From the NCBI GenBank assembly GCA_030765785.1, contig JAVCCC010000018.1, positions 761-64,760 on the forward strand: a stretch of DNA of 64,000 nucleotides, read 5' to 3'. This document shows, one piece after another, positions 30,838 through 40,467 of the stretch; position 1 is the stretch's first letter; every line of letters starts with the position of its first letter. Source of the stretch: Candidatus Aceula lacicola. Its GTDB lineage: Bacteria; Omnitrophota; Gorgyraeia; Zapsychrales; Aceulaceae. A program made the translations under genes and the position numbers. The notes under the pieces were generated by a model that was not told where the DNA came from, did not search any database, and saw only the letters and a list, made by a program, of their open reading frames with translations.

Positions 30838-31857
30838 TTAGAGATTTTTCTTAACGATTTCTTCTGCGATTTGAATCGCATTAAGGGCGGCACCTTTTCG
30901 AAGATTGTCAGAAACAACCCAGAGGTTGAGTCCGTTTTCAACTGTATTATCTTCGCGGATGCGGCCGACAAAAGTGTCGTCCTTTCCTTCTGCATCCAAA
31001 GGTGTTGGGTATTGATTATTTGGAAGATCGTCTATAACGGTGACACCAGGAGCTTTTTTAAGAAGTTCGATGGCTTTTTCTCTGGTAATTTTTTTCTTTG
31101 TTTCAATGTTGATTGACTCTGAGTGCGCACGAATAACAGGAACGCGAACACATGTGGCAGTGATTTTAATAGAGTCGTCACCGAAGATTTTCTTTGTCTC
31201 ATTCACCATCTTGATTTCTTCTTTGGTGTAAAGACCTTCTTGAGGAACATCGATATGTGGAATTAAATTATAGGCAATTTGATATTGAAATTTTTCGACA
31301 TCTTTTTTCTCAATCGGTTCGCCGTTTGCAATCTTTTTTTGTTGTGCGCGAAGCTCAGCGATTGCTGGTGCCCCTGCTCCAGAAACAGATTGATAGGATG
31401 AAACAACGACACGTTTAATTTTTGCATAGTCATGCAAAGGCTTTAAAGCAACGACCATTTGAATGGTTGAACAATTTGGATTTGCAATAATTCCTTTGTT
31501 TTTGCTGATATCGCTTGGATTAACTTCTGGAACAACCAAGGGAACATTTGGATCCATTCGAAATTGACTCGTATTATCAATGACCACAGCTCCTGCCTTG
31601 ACAGCGGAGGGTGCGTATTCTTTGCTAATCGTTGCTCCTGGTGAAAAAAGACCAATTTCAACACCTTTGAAAGCGTCGTGTGTAAGCTTAACGGCTTTAA
31701 ATTTTCGTCCCTGAAGTTCGTATTCTGGGCAATCCTCTGGTCGAGAAGATATGGGGTAGAGTTCATTAATAGGAAAATTACGTTCCTCAAGAATTTTTAA
31801 CATCTCTTGACCAACCGCACCTCTAATACCTACGATAGCAACGTTATATTTTTTCAT
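30838..31857 (-). CDS. asd: Aspartate-semialdehyde dehydrogenase
   Basis: 339 aa; VAIVGIRGAVGQE Rossmann, NPNCSTI catalytic Cys. Confidence 0.9.
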   Translation of the reverse strand: MKKYNVAIVGIRGAVGQEMLKILEERNFPINELYPISSRPEDCPEYELQGRKFKAVKLTHDAFKGVEIGLFSPGATISKEYAPSAVKAGAVVIDNTSQFRMDPNVPLVVPEVNPSDISKNKGIIANPNCSTIQMVVALKPLHDYAKIKRVVVSSYQSVSGAGAPAIAELRAQQKKIANGEPIEKKDVEKFQYQIAYNLIPHIDVPQEGLYTKEEIKMVNETKKIFGDDSIKITATCVRVPVIRAHSESINIETKKKITREKAIELLKKAPGVTVIDDLPNNQYPTPLDAEGKDDTFVGRIREDNTVENGLNLWVVSDNLRKGAALNAIQIAEEIVKKNL

Positions 31858-31870
31858 TTTTTATTTTTTG

Positions 31871-32926
31871 TTAAAGTGTTTTAACAACTAAATCGCCAAC
31901 TTCTGTCGTCGAATATCCCATTTTTCCTGCCGCAAGACTTTTTAGTTTTGTTGTGACAACAGTTTTTGCAGCTGTTTCAACTTTTTCAGATGCCTCTTTT
32001 TCGCCGATTTCCTTAAGAAGCATTGAAAGAGCACAGATGGCAGCCATTGGGTTGATAACATTTTTTCCAGTGTATTTTGGAGCAGATCCCCCAATAGGTT
32101 CAAACATCGAAACGCCGTTTGGATTAATATTGCCGCCTGCAGCAAGTCCCATTCCGCCTTGGATCATCGCACCCAAATCGGTAATAATATCACCAAACAT
32201 ATTGTCTGTGACGATGACATCAAACCACTCAGGATTTTTAATAAACCACATGGTTGTTGCGTCGACGTGGGCATAATCTGTTTTGACGTCTGGATATTCT
32301 TTAGCGATTTCATAAAAGCTTCTTTCCCAAAGATCAAAGGCAAAGGTTAGAACGTTTGTTTTTCCGCAAAGCGTTAGCATCTTTTTTTTGCCGTATTTTC
32401 TCGTGTATTCAAAAGCGTAGCGAAGACATCTTTCGACTCCTGCTCGCGTGTTGTGAGAAACCTGAAGAGCAATTTCGTCTTTTGTTCCCTTGTTCTGAAA
32501 TTCTCCCAAGCCTTTGTAAAGCCCTTCAGAGTTTTCGCGCACAACCGTAAAGTTAATATCCTCTGGCTTTTTATTTTTGATTGGGCAAAAGCGCTCATCA
32601 TAAAGCTTGATGGGTCTTAGGTTAATATATTGGTCAAGGTCAAATCGAGCTTTTAGCAAAATTCCTTTTTCTAAGATGCCTGGCTTAACGTCAGGATGTC
32701 CGATGGCACCTAGATAAATCGAATCAAATGTCTTGAGTTCTTCAACGGCTGAATCGGGCAGGATCTCTCCTGTTTTTAAATAGCGTTCGCCACCAAAATC
32801 ATAAGAAACAGTTTCACACTTAAAGCCACATTGTTCGGAAATAGCTTCCAAAACTTTAAGACCTTCATTGATAACTTCAGGGCCTGTTCCATCGCCTGGG
32901 ATAATAGCAAGTTTATAATTTTTCAT
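31871..32926 (-). CDS. 3-isopropylmalate/isocitrate/tartrate dehydrogenase family (LeuB-like) protein
   Basis: 351 aa; IIPGDGTGPEV and NMFGDIITDLGA motifs of beta-decarboxylating dehydrogenases; exact substrate not assignable. Confidence 0.6.
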   Translation of the reverse strand: MKNYKLAIIPGDGTGPEVINEGLKVLEAISEQCGFKCETVSYDFGGERYLKTGEILPDSAVEELKTFDSIYLGAIGHPDVKPGILEKGILLKARFDLDQYINLRPIKLYDERFCPIKNKKPEDINFTVVRENSEGLYKGLGEFQNKGTKDEIALQVSHNTRAGVERCLRYAFEYTRKYGKKKMLTLCGKTNVLTFAFDLWERSFYEIAKEYPDVKTDYAHVDATTMWFIKNPEWFDVIVTDNMFGDIITDLGAMIQGGMGLAAGGNINPNGVSMFEPIGGSAPKYTGKNVINPMAAICALSMLLKEIGEKEASEKVETAAKTVVTTKLKSLAAGKMGYSTTEVGDLVVKTL

Positions 32927-32941
32927 TCATACTCCTTATTT

Positions 32942-34186
32942 TTATTCTTGAAACTTTTTAACGGCAAGTGTTGCGTTGTGTCCGCCAAATCCAAGAGAAT
33001 TTGACAAGGCAACATTAACGGTTGTCTTTCGTGCTTCATTTGGTACATAGTCGAGGTCGCATTCTGGATCAGGGGTTTCATAATTGATGGTTGGCGGAAT
33101 TATATCATTTTGAACTGCCATGACAGATGCAACAAATTCAATGCCTCCAGCAGCACCTAGCAAATGGCCTGTCATTGATTTTGTTGAGCTGATGGCAACT
33201 TTTTTAGCGTGATCGCCAAAAGCAACCTTGATCGCTAATGTTTCAGTTTTATCGTTTAAGCTAGTCGATGTTCCGTGCGCATTAATGTACGCTACATCTT
33301 CCGGTTTTAAATTAGCATCTTTTAGGGCTTGTGTCATAGCTTTAGCAGCACCGTGTCCAGAAGGCTCAGGAGCCGTGATGTGGTATGCATCAGACGTCCT
33401 GCCGTATCCAACAAATTCTGCTAGAATTGGTGCTCCTCTTTTTTGGGCATGCTCCAATGTTTCTAGAACAACAATGCCAGCACCTTCAGCCATAATAAAT
33501 CCATCGCGATTTAAATCAAAAGGTCGGCTTGCTCTTTCAGGATCATCGTTTCGTTGAGATAGCGCCTTGATGGCAGCAAATCCACCAACACCCATTGGCG
33601 TATTAGCCGCTTCTGTTCCGCCAGCAATCATGATGTCCATTTCGCCAAATTGCATAAATCGAAGTGCATCGCCGATTGAGTTTGTTCCTGAAGCACATGC
33701 GGTTACGACACTCGTGGCCATACCCTTGGCACCTGTTTCAATAGCAACTTGACCAGCAGCCTCGTTAACAATAAACTGAGGAATAAAAAATGGAGAAATC
33801 TTTTTTGGCCCGCGCTTAATCAAGAGCGCATGATTACGTTCAAATGATTGCAGAGAGCCAACACCTGACCCAACAATAACGCCCATGCGGTCAGCATCAA
33901 TGTTTTTTGTGTCAAGCTTTGCGTTTTTAACCGCTTCTCGAGACGCAATAACAGCAAGTTGTACAAAACGAGATAGTTTTCTTGCGTCTTTGGAATCAAA
34001 ATAATCTTCTATATTGCAATCTCTAATATCGCCACAGATTTGCGATGCGAACTCTGTTGGGTCAAATCGATCAATGCGATGAATGCCACTTTTTCCATTA
34101 ACTAAAGAATTCCAAAATTTTTCAACGCCTGTTCCAACAGGAGACGTGACACCCATGCCTGTGACAACTATTCTACGTTTTTTCAT
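32942..34186 (-). CDS. fabF: 3-oxoacyl-ACP synthase II
   Basis: KAS II homology from MKKRRIVVTGMG (ATG at 34186); active-site Cys (ACASG) and HGTST / NSLGFGGHN motifs; track ORF extended 17 aa upstream. Confidence 0.9.
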   Translation of the reverse strand: MKKRRIVVTGMGVTSPVGTGVEKFWNSLVNGKSGIHRIDRFDPTEFASQICGDIRDCNIEDYFDSKDARKLSRFVQLAVIASREAVKNAKLDTKNIDADRMGVIVGSGVGSLQSFERNHALLIKRGPKKISPFFIPQFIVNEAAGQVAIETGAKGMATSVVTACASGTNSIGDALRFMQFGEMDIMIAGGTEAANTPMGVGGFAAIKALSQRNDDPERASRPFDLNRDGFIMAEGAGIVVLETLEHAQKRGAPILAEFVGYGRTSDAYHITAPEPSGHGAAKAMTQALKDANLKPEDVAYINAHGTSTSLNDKTETLAIKVAFGDHAKKVAISSTKSMTGHLLGAAGGIEFVASVMAVQNDIIPPTINYETPDPECDLDYVPNEARKTTVNVALSNSLGFGGHNATLAVKKFQE

Positions 34187-34265
34187 TAGTAATATTTCCA
34201 ATAAATAACTTTGCCCCGACAAACAAAGCCGAGGCAAAATTTAATGTTTTATGAATGGACTTTAA

Positions 34266-34505
34266 TTATTTACTAGCAGCTTTTTCTTCGACGTATTTGA
34301 TAACATCGGAAACTTTACTCATTTTTTCAGCGTCTTCGTCAGGAATTTCAACATTAAACTCTTCCTCTAAAGCCATGATCAGCTCAACCGTATCTAATGA
34401 GTCAGCTCCAAGATCATCAACGAATGATGATTCAGGGTTTACCTCTTCAACCTTTACGCCAAGTTGTTCTGCGATGATTGATTTTATTTTTTCTTCGTTT
34501 GCCAT
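34266..34505 (-). CDS. acpP: Acyl carrier protein
   Basis: 79 aa; [12 protein letters not shown] phosphopantetheine attachment motif. Confidence 0.95.
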   Translation of the reverse strand: MANEEKIKSIIAEQLGVKVEEVNPESSFVDDLGADSLDTVELIMALEEEFNVEIPDEDAEKMSKVSDVIKYVEEKAASK

Positions 34506-34539
34506 TCACTGCCTCCTTTTTGATCTTTCGTCTACTAAA

Positions 34540-35280
34540 TTAAATCGCCATTCCGCCATCAACTTTGATGGTTTGGCCTGTAATATATTCTGCTTCCTTT
34601 GAAGCGAGGAATAAACATGATCCAGCCACATCGGCTGGGGTTCCCATTCTTTTGAGAGGAACGCTTTTTAAGATTTCCTGGCGGGTTTCCTCTTTAAGCT
34701 GATCGGTCATTTCTGTCTTGATGTATCCAGGGGCAATCGCATTAACATTAATATTGCGTAATGCAAACTCTCGGGCCAAAGATTTTGTTAGGCCGATAAT
34801 GCCTGCCTTGCTAGCTGCATAATTCGCTTGACCGATGTTTCCAAGAATTCCAATGACCGATGCAATGCTGATAATCTTACCCTTACGGGCTTTAAGCATT
34901 GGTTTAGAAATTGCTTTGCAGCAATTAAAGGTTCCTTTGAGGTTGACCTTGATGACGGCATCCCATTCTTCCTCTTTCATTCTTAAAAAGAGGTTGTCTT
35001 TTGTAATGCCTGCATTGTTAATCAATATATCAATACGTTTATATTTGTCAAGGATTTTGTTGACCATTTCTTCAACGGCAGATAGATTTGTGACATCGCA
35101 TGGAAAATTGTCTGCAGAAAGCTTCAAGTCGTTAAATTCAGCTGTGGTTTTTTCGCAAGAGTCGTCATTAATGTCAGAGATAATGACAGTTGCGCCTTGG
35201 TTGGCAAACGCAAGTGCGATTTCTTTGCCAATGCCACGTGCGGACCCCGTAACTAAAACGATTTCATCTTTAAATTGCAT
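34540..35280 (-). CDS. fabG: 3-oxoacyl-ACP reductase
   Basis: 246 aa; SDR: TGSARGIG, NNAG, YxxxK (YAASKAG). Confidence 0.9.
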   Translation of the reverse strand: MQFKDEIVLVTGSARGIGKEIALAFANQGATVIISDINDDSCEKTTAEFNDLKLSADNFPCDVTNLSAVEEMVNKILDKYKRIDILINNAGITKDNLFLRMKEEEWDAVIKVNLKGTFNCCKAISKPMLKARKGKIISIASVIGILGNIGQANYAASKAGIIGLTKSLAREFALRNINVNAIAPGYIKTEMTDQLKEETRQEILKSVPLKRMGTPADVAGSCLFLASKEAEYITGQTIKVDGGMAI

Positions 35281-35449
35281 TTTTAAATCCTTATGAATTT
35301 GAACAACATGTGAAATATGTATTTAACACAAGTGAATGAAACTATATTAGCAATATACCGTTAATTTGCAAGAAAAAAAATTAAAAAAAGTTAGTAAGTG
35401 TTTTATTTGCTTAATGTTTGTGCAGTTTTAAATTTTTTATGGTGCGATA

Positions 35450-35851
35450 TTAAAGAAATTCGAGCTTAACTTCGATGATGCCTTGTTTGGATGCGTTGAG
35501 TTTTTCAAACGCAGCTTTGGTGAGGTCAATCACTCTACCCTTTTGGACATAGCGCTTGTGAGGTCCGCGATCGTTAACGCGAACGACAAGGGTTTTTCCA
35601 TTGGTCATATTTGTGACACGGATTCTTTTGTTAAATCCAACGCCCCAGATCGCACAGGTCATGGCGTCCTCGTTAAAGATTTCATTGTTGGCGGTTCTAC
35701 TTTTGATGCCAGGAGATCTTTGCGAATACCAAGAAGCTTTGCCAAAACGGGTTGCTTTTGGTTTTTCAAACGGCGTTGTCATTGCGGCCATGGCTTTTGG
35801 TAGGATACAAAGTGCTGCCAAAATAGCAACAATTGTTGAAATTTTTCTCAT
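35450..35851 (-). CDS. rlpA: RlpA-like septal-ring lytic transglycosylase (double-psi beta-barrel) lipoprotein
   Basis: Signal peptide from MRKISTIVAILAALC (ATG 35851, SD AAGGAT); GKASWYS...VRVNDRGP DPBB motifs. Confidence 0.75.
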   Translation of the reverse strand: MRKISTIVAILAALCILPKAMAAMTTPFEKPKATRFGKASWYSQRSPGIKSRTANNEIFNEDAMTCAIWGVGFNKRIRVTNMTNGKTLVVRVNDRGPHKRYVQKGRVIDLTKAAFEKLNASKQGIIEVKLEFL

Positions 35852-35926
35852 ATAGCTATAATCCTTAAGGTTTGATTTCAGAAAGAATAGCATACAAAGA
35901 AGAAATGTCAAGGTGGATCTTAAGGC

Positions 35927-36358
35927 TTAAAGGGAGTTGTCGCTGGCATCATTTTCACTCGAGATAGATTCGACTTCGATGATGTGAGAGCCAGAATTGA
36001 GGCTGCCCTTAAATTTCTTGCGTATCCAGATTTTAAGAAGTGTGCGCGTCAAAGGGATTAAGAGAAAAAACCCAGTAATATCTGTAAGGAGTCCTGGCGT
36101 AAGAAGTAATATGCCGCCGATAAAGATCATGACTCCATCAATCATGTGCTCTGTTGGCATGCGCCCACCGTTTAGCTCGGTTTGTATGTTTTGAACAACG
36201 CGAAAACCTTCCATTCGCGCAATGTAAGCCCCTAAGACACCTGTGCCGATAATTAAAACAAGCGTATTAAGGATACCGAGCGATTCTCCGAGTTTGATAA
36301 AAATAAACAACTCAGTTGCGGGAATAATGGTAAATAGTAAGATGAGATATAAAAACAT
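35927..36358 (-). CDS. fxsA: FxsA family membrane protein (F-plasmid phage-exclusion suppressor homolog)
   Basis: Start at MFLYLILLFTIIPATELFIFIKLG (ATG 36358, SD GGAGAAA); FxsA/UPF0716 layout with conserved ...LLLTPGLLTDxxGF... segment. Confidence 0.7.
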   Translation of the reverse strand: MFLYLILLFTIIPATELFIFIKLGESLGILNTLVLIIGTGVLGAYIARMEGFRVVQNIQTELNGGRMPTEHMIDGVMIFIGGILLLTPGLLTDITGFFLLIPLTRTLLKIWIRKKFKGSLNSGSHIIEVESISSENDASDNSL

Positions 36359-36392
36359 GTTTTTCTCCAGAAATTGATAGAAAAGTAATCCT

Positions 36393-36743
36393 TTACCTTT
36401 CACGGGTCAGCTTAATTGATACAGATTTTGAGTCTTTGATTGCGTTTGGTTTACAGATAATAACAGTTGTTTTCTCGATAGCATTGTTTGCCATGACAAT
36501 GTCTAAAATAAAGTTTGCTAATTTTTCAATAAGAAAGAACTTAGTTTTTTCAGTCTTTTCTTTAATTTCTTGAGCGATTGTTTCGTAATTAACCGTATTA
36601 GATAAATCGTCAGATTCTTGAGCTTTGCTACTGTTATATATAAAGGAAAGGTCTACAGCGATATCTTGCGCCTCTTCCCGTTCGTAATGCTTTGTTCCGA
36701 TAATGATGGACAAATGGATTTGATTGATAGTAATTTTGGCCAT
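36393..36743 (-). CDS. folB: Dihydroneopterin aldolase
   Basis: 116 aa; FolB fold, downstream of folE. Confidence 0.7.
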   Translation of the reverse strand: MAKITINQIHLSIIIGTKHYEREEAQDIAVDLSFIYNSSKAQESDDLSNTVNYETIAQEIKEKTEKTKFFLIEKLANFILDIVMANNAIEKTTVIICKPNAIKDSKSVSIKLTRER

Positions 36744-36744
36744 A

Positions 36745-37284
36745 TTACCTAATAAGGCTTAAGAATTCTGAACGGGTTGAAATCTCTTCGCGGAATGCGC
36801 CCAACATGCAGGATGTTTTCATGACAGAGTTTTGTTTTTCTACGCCTCGCATCATCATGCAAAGATGTTGAGCTTCGACAACAACCGCCACCCCTTTGCA
36901 TTTTGTGAATTTCATAAGAGTTTCAGCGATTTGTTTTGTGAGATTTTCTTGAATTTGAAGTCTGCGCGCAAAAACATCGACAATGCGAGCGATTTTTGAA
37001 AGTCCTATAATTTTTCCATCAGGGATATAGCCAACATGGCATTTTCCAAAAAACGGTAAAAGGTGATGTTCGCACATTGAATAGACTTCGATATCTTTGA
37101 CAATAACCATTTCATCTGAGTCAGATTTAAAAATGGCACCATTGATAACAGTTTCGACATCTTCGTGATATCCTTTAGTAAGGTATTGAAATGCCTTAGC
37201 AGCGCGTTTAGGCGTATCTTTTAGTCCTTCACGTTCGATGTCTTCGCCGGTTGTCTTAATCAAGTTTTTGTAAAAGTTTTCCAC
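36745..37284 (-). CDS. folE: GTP cyclohydrolase I
   Basis: 179 aa; starts at GTG 37284 (no in-frame ATG nearby); [31 protein letters not shown] zinc-site motif. Confidence 0.9.
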   Translation of the reverse strand: MENFYKNLIKTTGEDIEREGLKDTPKRAAKAFQYLTKGYHEDVETVINGAIFKSDSDEMVIVKDIEVYSMCEHHLLPFFGKCHVGYIPDGKIIGLSKIARIVDVFARRLQIQENLTKQIAETLMKFTKCKGVAVVVEAQHLCMMMRGVEKQNSVMKTSCMLGAFREEISTRSEFLSLIR

Positions 37285-37345
37285 GGATGAGCACCTGACT
37301 TATGGAGCGCAGCGAACATAAGTAAGCTGTGCGAATTTGTCCAGC
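37285..37345 (-). promoter_or_regulatory. Conserved structured 5' leader element (copy A) abutting folE start, SD embedded
   Basis: 88% identical over 52 nt to 46465-46516; interleaved complementary segments ACUUAUG/CAUAAGU and GCACAGC/GCUGCGC; AGGUG SD in last helix. Confidence 0.5.
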
Positions 37346-37388
37346 TAAGCTGGATAAGTGATATTTATATTTATTCTAACAATACAGA

Positions 37389-37417
37389 ACTATATCATAG
37401 AGTTTTTAGAGTGTCAA
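37389..37417 (-). promoter_or_regulatory. sigma70-type promoter of folE (TTGACA-17-TATAGT)
   Basis: -35 TTGACA (rc of 37412-37417), 17-nt spacer, -10 TATAGT (rc of 37389-37394); predicted TSS about 37380 giving ~95-nt leader. Confidence 0.6.
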
Positions 37418-37480
37418 ACTTCAAAGACTTTTCGCAAAAAATGTTGAGTCCCTATAAGATTATGTTATAATATCGCTCAT

Positions 37481-38287
37481 ATGAAATCAATTGCTGATTA
37501 TCACAATCATACGTTTCTTTGCGGGCACGCCATTGGCGAGCCTTCAGAGTATGTTGATTATGCACTTAAAATCGGGCTTAAAGAAATAGGCTTTTCTGAC
37601 CACGCTCCCTTGGTTTGTCATGATGATCCTACGATTACCATGAGCCTTGAACAGCTCCCTCGTTATCACAAGATGATTGAGGATGTTCAGAAGAAATATC
37701 AGGGTCAAGATATTAAAATTCGCCTTGGCATTGAGGCAGATTTTGTACCAGGTTTTGAAGAAAAGACAAAAACGATTCTTGATGGATATGCATACGACTA
37801 TGTTATTGGATCTGTTCATTTTATCGGAGATTTTGCTTTTGATAATCCAGCACAAAAAGAACGTTTAAAAACGAATGACATTGATAAAGTTTATCGAGAT
37901 TATCATGAGCTTTTACGTCAAAGTGCGCAGTCCGGACTTTTTGATATTATGGCGCATGTTGACTTAGTTAAGAAATTTGGTGATCGTCCAATAGGAGATT
38001 TGACAGACGATATTAAAGCGACGGCTGATGTTTTTAAGAAAACAGGTGTTGTGATTGAAATTAATTCTTCCGGCTTGCGAAAACCAGTTGGAGAAATTTA
38101 TCCTTCTCTCTCCGTTTTAAAGATTTACTGTGAAACAGGTGTTCCTATCACATTTGGATCTGATTCTCATGCGCCAGATGAAGTTGGATTTAAATTTGAA
38201 CAAGCTCTGGGACTTGCCCGTCAGGCAGGATACCGAGAATACGTTCTATTTGAAAAACGGCAGATTTCAGAAAAAGTTAAGCTCTAG
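37481..38287 (+). CDS. PHP-family histidinol-phosphatase-like phosphoesterase
   Basis: 268 aa; DYHNHTFLCGHA ... GFSDHAP metal-binding motifs of PHP domain. Confidence 0.75.
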   Translation: MKSIADYHNHTFLCGHAIGEPSEYVDYALKIGLKEIGFSDHAPLVCHDDPTITMSLEQLPRYHKMIEDVQKKYQGQDIKIRLGIEADFVPGFEEKTKTILDGYAYDYVIGSVHFIGDFAFDNPAQKERLKTNDIDKVYRDYHELLRQSAQSGLFDIMAHVDLVKKFGDRPIGDLTDDIKATADVFKKTGVVIEINSSGLRKPVGEIYPSLSVLKIYCETGVPITFGSDSHAPDEVGFKFEQALGLARQAGYREYVLFEKRQISEKVKL

Positions 38288-39242
38288 TTTTTAAGCAGCC
38301 CTCTTTTGTCATCTCCAAGGATTTCTTGATTCCGTCAGTTTTAATCAGGCGATCATTTTTTTCAAGAGATATTTCCCATCGATTCTTTTTTTTCACAAAG
38401 AAAATATTAAATAATTGCGTTAAATGGGGTTCAGCAACAACAACGCTTTGGGTCGCAGCATTTTCACCAACAGAAAATTTTTTAAACACAATGCTTAAGT
38501 CTGAGCTTGTTTTATTTTTCAAACAAAATTTGTTTGGATTAAATTCTGGTACAACATGAGGGGTTATCTTAGCTTGTTTGCAGACGGGAATATCAAGATG
38601 CTTATTCTTGGTTAACAGAACGGAAAAGAATAGCTTTTGCCCTTCGTTTGACCAAAGACGCTCGAATCGTGTATTGAATTGCGGACGAAGAGAATCTTTT
38701 TTAATTTCAAATCCAATATTCTTGCTCTGTCTAAGAATCCATTCAAAATATGGCTTAAAATCTGTGACAACTTGAAAATGCCCACCTTTTTTAAGACGGC
38801 TATTGACGATTTTTAGAAAATTTTTATGAAATAATCGTTTTTTATAATGACGTTTTTTGGGCCACGGAAATGGAAACAATGAGTGCGCGTAAGCAATTGA
38901 ACGATTTTTAAATAATCGCTCAAAGGCAACGTAGGCATCGACGCACAAGAGACGGATATTTTTGACTTTTGCACGATTGATACGCTTGACAACTTTTTGA
39001 ATAAGACTAAATTCAATTTCGATGCCGATAAAATTTCGATTAGGATATTTTTGTGCTTGAGCGACCAAGTATTCGCCATTGCCGAAACCAATCTCAACAA
39101 AGAGCGGCGCCTTTCTCTTGAACGTCTTGTCCCAGTCAATGGGATGCTGATCGCAAAAGTGTGAAACAAGAAATTTACTAATATTTTTTTTGGATATATT
39201 GCTCAAGGATTTTGATAAAATTTGATTTAATGATTTTACCAT
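38277..39242 (-). CDS. trmB: tRNA (guanine46-N7)-methyltransferase with ~110-aa C-terminal extension
   Basis: 321 aa; PLFVEIGFGNGEYLVAQAQKYPNRNFIGIEI SAM-binding TrmB motifs in first ~210 aa; unassigned extra C-terminal domain. Confidence 0.75.
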   Translation of the reverse strand: MVKSLNQILSKSLSNISKKNISKFLVSHFCDQHPIDWDKTFKRKAPLFVEIGFGNGEYLVAQAQKYPNRNFIGIEIEFSLIQKVVKRINRAKVKNIRLLCVDAYVAFERLFKNRSIAYAHSLFPFPWPKKRHYKKRLFHKNFLKIVNSRLKKGGHFQVVTDFKPYFEWILRQSKNIGFEIKKDSLRPQFNTRFERLWSNEGQKLFFSVLLTKNKHLDIPVCKQAKITPHVVPEFNPNKFCLKNKTSSDLSIVFKKFSVGENAATQSVVVAEPHLTQLFNIFFVKKKNRWEISLEKNDRLIKTDGIKKSLEMTKEGCLKTRA

Positions 39243-40383
39243 TAAGTTTTTTTAATAGTTTTCCATCGACGTAAACAACGGCTGTCTTTTTTTCTCCACG
39301 CCCCGGAAGACTCAATCCAATATCAGCATGCTGGCTTTCTCCAGGCCCGTTAACAACACAACCCATAATCGCGATTTTAAGCTGTGTGACTTTTGGATAT
39401 TTTTTTATCCAGACAGGCAGTCGTTTTTGAATGTGTGCTTTAACAGAATCTGTTAATGATTCAAATAATTTGCTTTCCGTTCGTCCGCACCCAGGACAAC
39501 TGATAACTGTTGGGGCAAAGAAGCGAAAGCCCATAGATTGCAAAAGCATTTGGCAGCATTTAACTTCTTGGGTTCTTGGCATATCTTTCTTTGGCGTTAA
39601 AGAAATTCGAATCGTATCTCCTATGCCTTTTTGCAAAAGAACAGAAATCGCAGATGCACTTTTGATAACACCGTCAAGCCCAGAACCGGCTTCAGTAACA
39701 CCTAGATGAAGTACGTAGTTGCATTTCTTTGAAAGCATTTCGCAAACGGTGATTGTATCTTGAGTGTCTGACATTTTGACACTTAAAACAATCTTGTTTT
39801 TAGATAATCCAATTTTTTCTGCTTTTTGTGCGCTTTGAATGGCACTTTTTACCAGGGCATCACATAAAATCTGATGTGAGCTTTTTTTATTTTTAGATTT
39901 CTTGTTTTTAGATCGAAGCGTTTTAAGGATGTTTTGATCAATAGATCCGCTATTAACACCAATGCGAATAGGTTTCTTATTTTTAATAGCGATTTTTATG
40001 ATTTCAATAAATGGATCATTTTTGCTGGAGGCGTAGTTAACGTTTCCAGGATTGATGCGATATTTGTCCAAAGCTTTAGCGCTTTGTGGAAATTTCTTAA
40101 GGAGAACGTGGCCGTTATAATGAAAATCGCCGACAATAGGTGTTGAATAGCCATTCTTACGCAATTGAGAGATGATTTTGGGAATCCCAGCCATTGCTTT
40201 ATTGTCGTTGATAGTTAGACGAACCATTTCGCTACCGGCACGGCTTAGTTGTTTTATTTGTTTTACTGTTTCTTTAATATTGGCAGTTTGCGTATTGGTC
40301 ATCGATTGGATAGCAATAGGGTGTGCATCTCCGATTGAAATATTTCCAATTTTAACTTGTGGTGTTTTTCTTCGTTTAATCAT
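39178..40383 (-). CDS. ispG: 4-hydroxy-3-methylbut-2-en-1-yl diphosphate synthase
   Basis: 401 aa; TIM-barrel N-domain and C-terminal [4Fe-4S] ISCPGCGRT...GCVVNGPGE motifs. Confidence 0.9.
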   Translation of the reverse strand: MIKRRKTPQVKIGNISIGDAHPIAIQSMTNTQTANIKETVKQIKQLSRAGSEMVRLTINDNKAMAGIPKIISQLRKNGYSTPIVGDFHYNGHVLLKKFPQSAKALDKYRINPGNVNYASSKNDPFIEIIKIAIKNKKPIRIGVNSGSIDQNILKTLRSKNKKSKNKKSSHQILCDALVKSAIQSAQKAEKIGLSKNKIVLSVKMSDTQDTITVCEMLSKKCNYVLHLGVTEAGSGLDGVIKSASAISVLLQKGIGDTIRISLTPKKDMPRTQEVKCCQMLLQSMGFRFFAPTVISCPGCGRTESKLFESLTDSVKAHIQKRLPVWIKKYPKVTQLKIAIMGCVVNGPGESQHADIGLSLPGRGEKKTAVVYVDGKLLKKLNGKIIKSNFIKILEQYIQKKY

Positions 40384-40467
40384 TTCGCTTAATAGAAAGT
40401 GGTTCTATAATAAAGATAAATGTGATACAATTTGTCAAAATTATACTCAATTGACTAAGGGAATGCA

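Noticed and set aside
30828-30995. 56-aa upstream extension of truA
   Set aside because: TruA homology begins at [12 protein letters not shown]. The extension overlaps asd.
34187-34237. 17-aa upstream extension of fabF
   Set aside because: The conserved KAS II N-terminus starts at MKKRRIVVTGMG.
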